Assembly (NCBI GenBank): GCA_002269645.1
Contig: NIVC01002917.1
Location: 66,213 to 130,212 of the forward strand
Origin: Macrostomum lignano
Taxonomy: Eukaryota
Direction: 5' to 3'
DNA: 64,000 bases
Positions 51,410 to 62,899 of this stretch are shown here, one piece after another. The notes below the pieces were generated by a model. It was given only the letters and a program-made list of their open reading frames with translations, did no database searches and was not told where the DNA came from. Position 1 is the stretch's first letter, and each line of letters begins with the position of its first letter. The position numbers were made by a program, and so were the translations under genes.

Positions 51410-51692
51410 AAATTGCTGAGATGTCAAGACTCATTTGGGGAATTGCTGAGATGTCAAGACTCATTTGGGGAATTGCTAAGATGTCAAGACTCATTTGGGG
51501 AATTGCTGAGATGTCAAGGCTCATTTGGGGAATTGCTGAGATGTCAAGGCTTATGGAGGGAATTGCTGAGATGTCAAGGCTCATATGGGGAATTGCTGAG
51601 ATGTCAAGGCTTACGGAGGGAATTGCTGAGATGTCAAGGCTCACGAAGGGAATTGCTGAGATGTCAAGGCTCATGTAGGGAATTGCTGAGAT
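51410..51692. repeat. 30-bp minisatellite (GGAATTGCTGAGATGTCAAGGCTCATTTGG)n
   Basis: About 9 copies; the same family occurs inverted at 61650-61850. Confidence 0.93.
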
Positions 51693-51767
51693 GCATTCTA
51701 ACGGTCCTTGCTTCCTTGCCTTGAAGTGAAATTCGCACAATCTTGCTAAGTGTCACGGCAAGCGAAC

Positions 51768-52385
51768 CTAAGCAACAATATCAGCCCAGGGATGCTGCGG
51801 AATCCGGCCGTATTGAATATCCGTGAGCGCCTTGAAGAATCGCATAGTAACGGGGGCGCCTTCGCTCATAGTTGGCACCTGGAGCAGCTGGCCCTGATAG
51901 CGGATGGCACCAACCGGATTCACCACGCAGGCGGTGCCGCAGCCGAACATCTCCAACAGGCGGCCAGATTGAATGGCGTCCGCCACCTCCGGCATAGTGA
52001 CATTTCGCTCAATAACTTCCCAGTCTCCCCATTGGCGGGCCAGCTCTAGCACGCTCGACCGGGTGATGCCGGGCAGAATGAGATCTTCAGTGAGCGCTGG
52101 GTGACCAGCTGCGGCCGGCCAGAGCTCGGACAGCGCCAGAACAGGAACACATTCATAGTGCCAACCTCCGTGATCCGGTGCTCGGGCCCGAACAGCCACA
52201 GGACCTGCTGGCAGCCCTGCTCAGCGGCTAGCAACTGGATCCGACACGTCGGTCCGTAGTTCGAGCCCATCTTGCTTCTGCCAGCGCCGCCAGGCCAGGC
52301 CCGGGCGAATTCCGGATCAGCTAGCAGGGTCACCGGTTTGAACCCTGTCGGATAGTAGGGCCCAACCGGACCGGTGATGATAAAT
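51768..52385 (-). CDS. BCAT: Branched-chain amino acid aminotransferase, exon 2 (1-bp frameshift at 52099-52101)
   Basis: tttcag|A; [11 protein letters not shown]...[18 protein letters not shown] (PLP lysine)...EVGTMNVF...LILPGITR...EMFGCGTAC...LTDIQYG; one C is missing from the T-P codon run. Confidence 0.92.
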
Positions 52386-52599
52386 CTGAAACAAAAACCG
52401 GTGTAGACCTTTCAGAGTTGCTACTTTAAGTAGCGTATAATAGTATTTTTGTCTCAGCCTCAGCAACCGTTTTGAGACTTTTTCCTCATCATAACTTGTT
52501 TATTTTATTATAACCAAGAGTAAGGCTACTTTAAGCAGGGTTCACTTTAAAAAACGAGAGATTTCCTGTTTTTTGAAGCCTAGTTTTTACTCGGTAAAA

Positions 52600-53645
52600 A
52601 TACTAGTTTGTGAACTTTCTAGTTTGTGAGCTTACTAGTTTGTGAACTTTCTAGTTTGTGAGCTTACTAGTTTGTGAACTTTCTAGTTTGTGAGCTTACT
52701 AGTTTGTGAACTTTCTAGTTTGTGAGCTTACTAGTTTGTGAACTTTCTAGTTTGTGAGCTTACTAGTTTGTGAACTTTCTAGTTTGTGAGCTTACTAGTT
52801 TGTGAACTTTCTAGTTTGTGAGCTTACTAGTTAGTGAACTTTCTAGTTTGTGAGCTTACTAGTTTGTGAACTTTCTAGTTTGTGAGCTTACTAGTTTGTG
52901 AACTTTCTAGTTTGTGAGCTTACTAGTTTGTGAACTTTCTAGTTTGTGAGCTTACTAGTTTGTGAACTTTCTAGTTTGTGAGCTTACTAGTTTGTGAACT
53001 TTCTAGTTTGTGAGCTTACTAGTTTGTGAACTTTCTAGTTTGTGAGCTTACTAGTTTGTGAACTTTCTAGTTTGTGAGCTTACTAGTTAGTGAACTTTCT
53101 AGTTTGTGAGCTTACTAGTTAGTGAACTTTCTAGTTTATGAACTTTCTAGCTTGTGAACTTACTAGTTGGTGAACCTTTTAGCTTGTGAACTTTCTAGTT
53201 TTTGAGCTTACCAGTTTCTTATTCTTATTTGTTGCAATTGATGACTAGTTTGTGAAGATTCTTATTTGTTGCAATTGATGACTAGTTTGTGAAGATTCCT
53301 ATTTGTTGCAATTGATGACTAGTTTGTGAAGATTCCTATTTGTTGCAATTGATGACTAGTTTGTGAAGATTCATATTTGTTGCAATTGATGACTAGTTTG
53401 TGAAGATTCCTATTTGTTGCAATTGATGACTAGTTTGTGAAGATTCCTATTTGTTGCAATTGATGACTAGTTTGTGAAGATTCCTATTTGTTGCAATTGA
53501 TGACTAGTTTGTGAAGATTCCTATTTGTTGCAATTGATGACTAGTTTGTGAAGATTCCTATTTGTTGCAATTGATGACTAGTTTGTGAAGATTCCTATTT
53601 GTTGCAATTGATGACTAGTTTGTGAAGATTCCTATTTGTTGCAAT
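52600..53645. repeat. BCAT intron minisatellites: 32-bp dimeric (TACTAGTTTGTGAACTTTCTAGTTTGTGAGCT)n, then 37-bp (TATTTGTTGCAATTGATGACTAGTTTGTGAAGATTCC)n
   Basis: Directly visible; shared core CTAGTTTGTGA. Confidence 0.96.
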
Positions 53646-53732
53646 TTGTTTGTTATCATAATTTTTAGACTTATGATATTAAGAAGCAAATGTACGTCTC
53701 GTACGAAATATCCCCCGATAAAAAACACGTAC

Positions 53733-54294
53733 AGCGTGGTCTCCTCAGCCGGGCCAATGGCAATTCGCGGCTCCGACGCTATCATAGCAGGCCGGATGTA
53801 CAGTGCGCCTTCCTGAGAGCGCGGCACCCAAGCCAGGTCGGTGCGCACCAGCTGACGCAAACAGTCGAGCAGTTCGCCCGGATCAAAGCTGGCCAGGGTG
53901 GCCCGTTCCGCACTAGCCCGCAGTCTCTTCATGTTCTCCAGCGGCCGGAATAGTCGCACCCGACCGTCCACACCCCAGTAGGCTTTCAAACCTTCAAAGC
54001 ATTCCAGGGCGTAGTGCAGCGCCTTTGTAGCTGGGTGCAGCGGCAGGCAGCGGATTGGTTCGATGCGAGGCCGCGACAGCCAGTTGGTCCTGTGTGACGC
54101 GCGACCAGCATGTGGTCAGAGAACTGGGTGCCGAACACCAGGCTGTCAACTGAGGATGGTCGGGTTTGCGGCTCCTTGGTTAGCTCAGTTTCTAAATCGG
54201 CAAAGCGGAAGGTGCTACTATTGCTGCTGCTGCTGCTGCAAGCAGTGGCCAGCTGACGGGCATAATGCTGTTGCCATGGAAACAGCTGCTGCAT
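53733..54294 (-). CDS. BCAT: Branched-chain amino acid aminotransferase, exon 1 (1-bp frameshift at 54076-54077)
   Basis: LVFGTQFSDHML...LHYALECFEGLKAY...RLFRP...LYIRP; donor CT|gtacgt, and the phase fits exon 2 only if one G is restored in GGC TG[G] TCG. The start codon is uncertain. Confidence 0.88.
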
Positions 54295-54709
54295 CAGTTG
54301 ATGGTAAACTTTATTAAACTTTAAAGGTTGCATGACTTTAGTGTGAATAATAAAGGTGGCTCTGAAATCATGCACAAAAAGGTTTTGCAATGACATGAAG
54401 AATTGTACAATGTCCAAAAGCAAAGCAAAACAGGATATCCTATATATGAAATATGCATAGCATTCAAGGATGGGTAAAGACACTATGACAAAACATAATA
54501 GAATATAATAACTATATATCATTGCTAATTGATGCATAAGATAGCAAATAGTGGACATTAGAAATTAGACACTGGTGCTAGCCATTTTGTTATGTCAAGT
54601 CATTTTGGTACCTAGTTGTGGGGCCTATTGTTATTACTAGAATGTTAGAGACTACAGGTTTAATCTACTTTGGTACATTGTACATAAACAATTATATCAT
54701 AATTGTATA

Positions 54710-56014
54710 CTAGGGTCACTCAGAAAGTTCTTAGCCTGAACAAGAAGACAGCAACAAATGAACTAAAAAACGACTACAAGTGCTCAAAATACTCTCCAGC
54801 GGCATTGATACAGGCTTGCATCCTGTGAAACCAGCTGTTGAAGCAATGCTGCCAATCCTCATCCCAGAACTCCTCGATGATGTTTTTGAATTCATTTACA
54901 GCTTCTTCCGGTGAAGAAAAGACCTGGCCCTTCAGAATCTCCTTGCACTTTGGAAACAGAAAAAAGTTGCACGGTGCCAGGTCTGGACTGTACGCAGGGT
55001 GAGTCATCAGCTGGACCCCACAGTCAGCCAGAAACTCGAGAGTTTGAGCCGCCATGTGCACACTGGCGTTGTCATGGTGCAGAAGCACCCTGCGCATTCC
55101 GCACCTTGGGCGCCTCTGGCTCATAGCAGAAAAGACTTTGGTAGGCAAACTGTTGTGTACCAGTCAGCAGTGACTGTCTGGCGATCTTCAAGTGAAACAG
55201 AAGCCACATGCCCAGTGCGCATGAAGAAACAGGCCACCATCTGCTTGCCAACACTCCAGCTGCGTCAAAACTTGGTGGGGCTGTCCTCATCTCCAAAGGT
55301 CCACATGGCTGACTGGCACTTGCTTTCGGGGTTGTATTGATAAATCCAGGTCTAATCGCCCGTGTGGATGTCCCAGATACACCAGCTGTCCAGATTTGAA
55401 TTTCTGCAGCATGAATTGGCACCAAGCCACCCTGGTGTCCTTCTGCACGTCAGACAGCTGATGGGGGATCCACCAGGAAGCCAGCTTCTGCATTCCAAGG
55501 TGTTAATGCAGAATAGCATGCACACTCCCCGATCCAATCTCCTGCTGGATCTGCTGGTAGGTCACTCGCCGGTTGCGGCAATCATGCTGGACATAGTGTA
55601 GATATTTTCTGGAGTCACTGTGTCACAGGGTCTCCCAGATTGATGTTCATCTTCGAGGCTTTCATGACCTCGGCGAAACTCAGCAAACCAGTTTTTGACA
55701 GTTGCGTATGAAGGACATTAGATAGATGAAAACATTCTGTAAAGTTTGATACGAATCTGCCAGCAAATTGCCTTGCTTAAAGTGCAAGTACATCATTGCT
55801 CTGAAGTTGCAATTTTCTAGCTTCATTGTTGAATTGAAGAACTCAGGGGTGAACTGACTTTAACTCGCTGCAGTGGACTTAAAAGTGGCTGCTTCTATTT
55901 GAAAATTTTGCTGCGATACTTTTAAAAGTTAGTCTTTACCATAGAAAAATTTCATGCTTCTATGTCTTGTGGATCCTATCCTACTTAGGCTAAAGACTTT
56001 CTGAGTGACTCTTG
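54710..56014 (-). mobile_element. Mariner transposon, 1305 bp, inactive
   Basis: TA-flanked TIRs of about 28 bp (CTAGGGTCACTCAGAAAGTTCTTAGCCT and AGGCTAAAGACTTTCTGAGTGACTCTTG); transposase 55826-54774 with WIPHQL, TGD.TW, HHDNA and YSPDLAP motifs, several stops and frameshifts, third catalytic D changed to N. Confidence 0.95.
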
Positions 56015-56225
56015 TAATATTGGAACGGTATGCAAAGGTTTATTATACTACTTTTAAAAGTTCAGCAAATGGCTTTTATGAAATAAGTTTTTAGTATATG
56101 AATCTTCAATAAAATAGAAATTGCCTATAAATCATATGAAAAGTGCTCTTTCTTAGAAGGCTATATCTGCTATATCCCTAAGTATGATACTAAGGATATA
56201 GCTGCCATATCCAAAAATCCAAAAA

Positions 56226-56618
56226 TCCTTCCTAATACTAAAACTGACATGTTGTTTGTCTGTCTGTATGTATGTTGCAAGTGAACTCCTACAATACTGC
56301 CAAGTCAACATCAAAACTTATATGGGAAAACTGCAAATTTTCTGGATTTTTATATTAGGAAGTCAGTAAAATACTTAGGCTAAAAGAATCGTCATGACAT
56401 AAGTCATAATAGTTTAGATTAGGCCTAGATTTATTTTTTATGCAATGCAATAAGGATGCTATATTCCATCCTGATCCTGAGTCCTGACTGTCAAAATTGC
56501 ATCCTCAAATTAGACCTTGAATGCAATTTTGCATCCTAGCACCAGCGAAAAAGAAATAGGCAAGCTTTTTAGCAATGCCAACTCCAAGGCAATAGGCCCA
56601 GGCCGGGATGTTACATAG
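56226..56618 (+). mobile_element. Helitron-like non-autonomous relic
   Basis: A|TCCTTCCTAATACTAAAA...TTTGTCTGTCTGTATGTATG 5' pattern; degenerate CCCAGGCCGGG...ATAG 3' end. Confidence 0.35.
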
Positions 56619-56855
56619 GCCTAATAGGCCTATCGCAACTTTCCAAATCGCATCCGGAAATTGGACTTTAGTTCTCAGCTCTACGAGTATTAGGGCATAC
56701 TGACAGGCTGACTATAAGGCCGTAACCGTAAGCCTACGGAGAGATTGGCTAGGGCGGGGCCTATGCCTAGCCTAGGGGCCTAATAGTTTCGCTGATAACA
56801 ATGTAGTGTAGGTTGGCCGTCGACCTATTTCTAGGAAAAGTATTTCGTCATCATA

Positions 56856-57115
56856 GGGCCTTTTCATATTACCAATTCCAGAACCAGAATCGGTTCGGAA
56901 TTCCAAGAAAAACAGCAGTATAACTATTAAACTCTGTTAATATTTGACTGCCTTGACAACCTAACTTAGCACAATTTTTCACTTTCTTCTTGGCGATTGT
57001 CATTCAATAATAAAAACTTTATAGCACGTATCTCCCTCTAGTTATGGAGACAAAAAGTTATACTTCACAAATTGGTTCTGGTTCTGGAACCAGAGCAAGC
57101 AATATGAAAAGGCCC
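56856..57115. mobile_element. PIF/Harbinger-like MITE, 260 bp; partial second copy at about 57190-57280
   Basis: Perfect 15-bp TIR GGGCCTTTTCATATT and AATATGAAAAGGCCC; 3-bp TSD ATA. Confidence 0.75.
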
Positions 57116-58499
57116 ATAGGCTATAAAGACTTAGAGCCTCTTCACGGCGATCGATCCAGAATATTGCCATTCAATGATCACAATTTTAAAGCACTAATAT
57201 CTCTCTAGTTTAGGAGACAAAAAGTTATACTTTACAAATTGGTTCTGGTTCTAGAACCAGAACAAGCAATATGAAGAGCCTTTTACTTCTATCTTTTGGA
57301 TGTAGAAACTGTACGACGTAAAAAATTATAGAGAAAATTTAACCATTATGACAAGTTTTTAGCCGATTTAAATATCCATTTTACAAAAAGAACCCCGATT
57401 TACAGTTTTTCCGGGTTGATATTTTCAACTGCAACATATTAATCACGAAATTTAAATTTGTACAACGCAGCGTAAAATTTCGTGGAAAGCCAGCTCGATC
57501 CGTGGCTCTAACTGATATGCTCAAAACACTGTTTACATTAAAAAACTCAGTGTTGCGAATGTAAACGCACGACTATTTAAATTTCTTGTTTATTGCTTTA
57601 TCTTTGTCTTTTTGACCATTTATAGACATTCTTCTTCTATGTTCTATACAAGATTGTCTGATTGCATCTTGCTTTATTATGGCTATTTTATGTAATCAAA
57701 ACTATTGTCATTGACAATGAGCCTAGCCTACTAGATTAAATCATCAATAGCAGATGATTATATATATTATACACCAGAAAGTATCAAAAAGCCATTGCAA
57801 TAGGCCTAATCAAGGACCTTTTTTGCATTGCAACAATAAAAAACCTTTTTTGCATCGCAACTATATAGGACCCTTTCTTGCATTATGACATTTTGGGTCT
57901 TTCATACATACACCAAAATCTACGCCATACACCAGCTCTGTTCTGGCAGATTGTTCTATACACCAAATACTTTATGCCAACAATTTTTCATGTCCATTAT
58001 AGCCAGAATTCTCTAGTGTATATATACGATTTGGGAGTGGGGTATAATGTACATGTAATTACAACCATCAAACACCATAGTCTCCCCGATGCACCATGCA
58101 AGCGGGAACATTTTTGGGATGCAGGGATTCCCCAAGCAATATTTAATATCAATACTCAGAATTAACAAAAATCTCTGCTTTTAAAGTATCAAATGCCATG
58201 ATTTTTTTACAGAAAAAACATCACCCACAAGATAAACCAGTTTAAAAGAAAGTTACGGCTACAGATTGAAAGAATTTTTTACAATTTGCCAAAAATTGGT
58301 GCTTCCCTATATCCACAGTTTAATCAATTGATATTTGATTTTGAGTATTTCTGCTTGCTCTTTGTTGTTGAAAATTGACATGTAGGACTTCACCCAGACA
58401 CTAAGCAATTATCATAACTCAAACCAGACTCAAGGCTTTATGCTCAAGAACTATTTGAGAAAAACTGATGTTCCTATCTCCATAATGCATATACAAGAA

Positions 58500-59075
58500 G
58501 TAAAGGTAAAGTGACATATATGTCTATTGATATTTGGCACAGAGGTATTTATACGTACAAGAATTTTACAACTCACCCAATCAATTGTTGCTGCACTGTC
58601 TGCTTTTGGTGGCTCTTCTGCTTGACAAATGGCACAAAAACCTTGGTTGCTATCAACGGAGTTGTTATTGATTAGTTTCCATATGTAACAACACAATTTG
58701 TGCATTTATATTCTTCATTACATTTAATGATTTAATTTTGTCAAAATTTCTTGAACACATATGTCGGCGGTTTCCCATTGCAAGTAAATTCATTTGATAG
58801 ATATCCCTTGAGCCATGAATTGAAATGGCTTCTATAAACTCTTGTTTTTCTTCTTCAGTAGTCCTTCAAAAAGAGCTACGTGGTGACATTTGGTGGCAAA
58901 ACTTTCCTGAAACTTGGACTAAAAATTTCCATTCAGAGTCACCCATCAGCGGATTCTTCATGGCAAATTCATACCGTCGTCTGCATCCCTCGATCTTACA
59001 AGAAGCCTTGATTTTCCAAAAGTTGGACTTTTTCTTACAAGAAGACCAAGTTTTTATGTTATTATAACCCATCAT
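58500..59075 (-). pseudogene. Decayed ORF with Cys-rich segments including a PHD-like motif; probable DNA-transposon relic
   Basis: SCKIEGCRRRYEF..., then FCAICQAEEPPKADSAATIDWVSCK; broken by stops and frameshifts. Confidence 0.3.
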
Positions 59076-59964
59076 TCAAGACAACATGTAGAAATTTTGT
59101 CTAATTCTCTTAATTATATAAATAGATAGTTTAATATCAAACTCTAATTCAATTTTCAAGCAGCCCTTGCATAAATTCAACTATTAGACTTTTGATTAAT
59201 TTGTCAATAAATATAGCCTGTCTTAGATACAATTTTTTACTGGTAGTTCTTTTGCCATTTTTTTAATTCTCTGTATTAATAAGATGCAAATGAACACTAT
59301 ATAGAAGAACTTAAAAGTGCACTAATAACTTTGATACTTTCCTTCTACAAAAAAGATTCATTCTATTTAGAGCTTCTGTGCTATGCTAAGATGCTGCCCT
59401 CTTCTCATATTAATATTATAAATTCTTGTATAGAGCAGAATATGTTTGAAGTATAGTTCAAATGAAGTAGTAAGAAATCTAAGTGTAGAGTATAATAGAT
59501 CACAGGAAGAAGAGTTCAGAGTAATGACAGTTAATAAATTCTTTATTTTATTGATAGTCAAGTAGGTAAAAATAAAAAAGGAAGAAAGAAAATGAGAAAT
59601 CTTTAACTGGTATGGAAAAAAATTCTAATAAGCTCTTCTAATAGCCAATGAAAAAGCAATTGGCAACAAGCCACATTCTTGAGGATAGATATTTCCGAGG
59701 CTCATTAAACATGTATGCACTGTATGACTATGGGAATGAGACTGTCTGGGACTTGTTATTGACATTGTCAATTTTTGCAACTTAGTATTTACCTCAACTT
59801 AGATTCATATGGCACTTTTATTACACTTGCAAAATCATTTTCTAAAAGTGGCAACTGGCACAAGGAAATGAAGTTGCCAGATTGGCCTCTGATGCCAAAA
59901 ATCCAGTTGCCAATGCGATTGGAAAGGGGCCAAAAAACCCCATATGGCCCAAAAAATAAACCTA

Positions 59965-60290
59965 GATTTGAAGGTGAATTTGATGTTAGGGTGGGTGAAA
60001 TTGATTGCTTGAAAAATTGTTTCATGGTCTTTCTTATTATTTCCTAAGTATTTTCTTAAAACTTAGGTGCACAAGGCAGTTTCAACTATTCAGACTCCCA
60101 GTAAGTCATATGCTCATACAAAGATTGGCTAACATGGAAGCTAATGGGTTACCCATAGCACATCCATCAATCTAGAGAAAATACTGCCCATCAAACATTA
60201 ACAGCCCAGTGATGGCTAGACCAAGCATATTTTTGAACATGTTCTTAGGCAAGTTTTAAGTGTGTGTTTATGGATGTAATACATAATGTA
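59965..60290 (-). mobile_element. Penelope-like retroelement RT fragment, decayed
   Basis: FKNMLGLAITGLLMFDGQYFL*IDGCAMGNPLASMLANLCMS and AINFTHPNIKFT match the PLE RT motifs F.G..Y.Q..G.AMG.PL...AN and HP.IKFT. Confidence 0.8.
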
Positions 60291-60354
60291 ACTCAATGCC
60301 AACATAGCTATAATCCATGCATTTCATTAATTTCATGCATGTCACAAATCAGCC

Positions 60355-60467
60355 ATGAAAATAAAACAGATACAAAGAACAAGTGTTGCCACCTGGTCTC
60401 CAGGTAATCAGCAGCCGCTGCTTCTGGCTGCTGGCACATCTGCACATCAATTAGATGCAACATTCAG
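60355..60467 (+). CDS. SEC31: Sec31 (COPII outer coat), exon 1
   Basis: MKIKQIQRTSVATWSPGNQQPLLLAAGTSAHQLDATF resembles the Sec31 N-terminus; donor AG|gtatgc, phase 2. Confidence 0.93.
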
Positions 60468-60964
60468 GTATGCTTACAATGATTTGCATTCAGGACTTAT
60501 ACTATATGTACATGCAAAAGTCAAGTTGACATTTAATTACTCGTTGGTTTTATCCTCAGTCAAATTTTACTAATAAATATAATATTTCATATTGGGAGGA
60601 GTTAAAGCTACTTATAAGTCGTATAATCAGCTGTAGACTTTCAAATTTTCACCTTTGAATGATCTTTATTAAAAGCTACTATTAGCAGTCATCAATGCGT
60701 ATGTCTTTTATATTTGTATTTCAGTAGCAAGGAAGAATTCGTTAGCTATTTTAGGAAAAGCAAGACAATTGGAGTATTGTAAATTTATTCAACTAAAATT
60801 AATAAATCAGTCTGAGGGGTTAAGCTAGGCTTAAGAAGACCAATAAATAATTTATTATCCTAAAACTAATTAAAGCGCTTCTATTTAACTTACTACTGAA
60901 CTGAATAGTCTTAACACACTTTAACCGCATATAATATCTTAATTAAACAAACAACAAAACGCAG

Positions 60965-61519
60965 CACTTCATCCGTTCTGGAGCTTTTCAAAGTCGACCT
61001 GACCAGCCCTGACACAGAATTAAAGCCGTCAGCTAGCATAGAAACTGCCGATAGATTTTGCCGACTAATGTGGGGCAGCCACGGCGTCGATGCCGACCTG
61101 CCCTGGGGCGTCCTTGTTGGCGGCACCGCCCGCGGCAAACTGGTGGTGTACAATCCGGAACGCCTGGCCACCGAGTCTAGCGAATCAGCCGAGGTGTTCA
61201 CCCAGTCTGGCCACACCGGCTCCGTCGGCGCCCTGGATTTGAATCCTTTCCAAAAGAATCTGCTGTGCACGGGCGGCGGCGAATCGGAGATATTCGTGTG
61301 GGATCTGGCTAATCCCAGCGCCCAGATGGCGCCAGGCAGCAAGAGTCTGCCAGCCGACGATGTACTCGGCGTTGCCTGGAACCGTCAGGTGTCGCACATT
61401 CTTGGCAGCGTGTTCGCCACCCGCTGTATTGTTTGGGATTTGAAGAAATCCGAGCCGATTATTAAACTGACTGACAGTATGTGCCAAATGCGGCTCAAGC
61501 ATGTCGTCTGGCATCCCAA
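60965..61519 (+). CDS. SEC31: Sec31, exon 2 (WD40)
   Basis: acgcag|C...AA|gtaagc, 555 nt, phase 2 to 2; HTGSVGALDLNPFQKNLL...VAWNRQVSHILGS...WDLKKSEPIIKL. Confidence 0.94.
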
Positions 61520-61649
61520 GTAAGCTTTGCAGTAGTTCGGAACTGGTCCACTGGTTTAAGTGTCTATTCTTCAAAAAATAACATTAACCAAAAATACTGG
61601 CCATCCACTCCCGTTGGGTAGGTCGAAATCCCCCAATGAGCAATGAACT

Positions 61650-61850
61650 CTCAGCAATTCCCTCCCCTGTGAGCCTTGGCATCTCAGCAATTCCCCTCTG
61701 TAAGCCTTGACATCTCAGCAATTCCCCTCTGTAAGCCTTGACATCTCAGTAATTCCCTCCTCTGTGAGCCTTGACATCTCAGTAATTCCCTTCTCTGTGA
61801 GCCTTGAGATCTCAGTAATTTCCCCTCTGCGAGCCTTGATATCTCAGCAG
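61650..61850. repeat. 30-31 bp minisatellite, reverse complement of the 51410 family
   Basis: (CATCTCAGCAATTCCCCTCTGTAAGCCTTGA)n-like, about 7 copies. Confidence 0.88.
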
Positions 61851-62124
61851 TTCCCATAGTTTTACAAAGTAGTCTTCGCAGATACGTTGTCGAACATAGG
61901 AACTCTGGCATCCGAGTCGAACGCCGAACCGCTTGTTCAACCCTTCAGGAGCTCTGAGCATTCATTCCATTGTTTGTTAGTTTAAGAAAGCTAGCCTATT
62001 AATGCCTCTCGCCGGTTGTGTGACAATGTCGCTTAAAGTGCGCCAGAGTGCACTCAGCCCCCTGTCTCTGATACATGCAAATCCAAAAAACTGTTCTAAC
62101 CCCTTAGCAACAAAATGATTTCAG

Positions 62125-62446
62125 GGTGGCAACCCAGCTGTGCTTGGCCTCGGACGATGACCAGACACCGCTGGTGCAGATGTGGGACCTGCGATACGCC
62201 ACCTCGCCAATGCAGCAGCTCAACGCGCACACTAAAGGCATTCTGTCTATGGCTTGGAGTCCGTTTGATCCCGACTATCTGCTCTCTACATCCAGGGATA
62301 GCAGCTTGATCTGTTGGGATCCGAACTGCAGCTCTCCAGGCGGAGAAATTGTAGTTAAAGCTACTCTGCCAAACCGTTGGATCTACGATTCCGCCTGGAG
62401 TCCCAAGCATCCTTTGCTATTGTGCGCCAGCTCCATGGACGGACAG
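62125..62446 (+). CDS. SEC31: Sec31, exon 3 (WD40)
   Basis: tttcag|G...CAG|gtgagt, 322 nt, phase 2 to 0; VATQLCLASDDDQTPLVQMWDLRYATSP...HTKGILSMAWS. Confidence 0.94.
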
Positions 62447-62604
62447 GTGAGTCCCGGTTTTTTTTTTTGTTAGAACTAAAAGTTTGCATTTTTTGTCGTT
62501 ATCGATGTGAAATCTCTATGGCGTCTTTTGATATGCTTAAATTTATGCTTAGTTGGTTTCTAAACTTATATAATGTTTACTACGTGTATGTTTAGACTGT
62601 ATGA

Positions 62605-62845
62605 GGGGGTTGTAGCCTAGTGGTTAGAGCGTCGACTCTCGACTGAAAGGTCGGGGGTTCGATTCTCGACCCACTCGGAACAATTTGTGTCCCTGAGTAA
62701 GACACTTAACTCTGCATTGCTTCAGTTCACCCAGCTGTACGCTCGTAAAATGGGTTCCAGCATTAGCTGGATAATTGAGGGTGTGTGGCGACCCCCCCTC
62801 TCCCCAGTCCTTGAACTGAACAGCAGTACGAAGCCTTCAGATGCG
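62605..62845 (+). mobile_element. tRNA-derived CORE-SINE in Sec31 intron 3, 3'-truncated
   Basis: Head with A/B boxes, CORE segment, partial 3' domain. Confidence 0.9.
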
Positions 62846-62899
62846 TTCTCATTTAACTGACAAAAAAATTTTTCTAACCCTAAACTTTGCCTTCCACAG

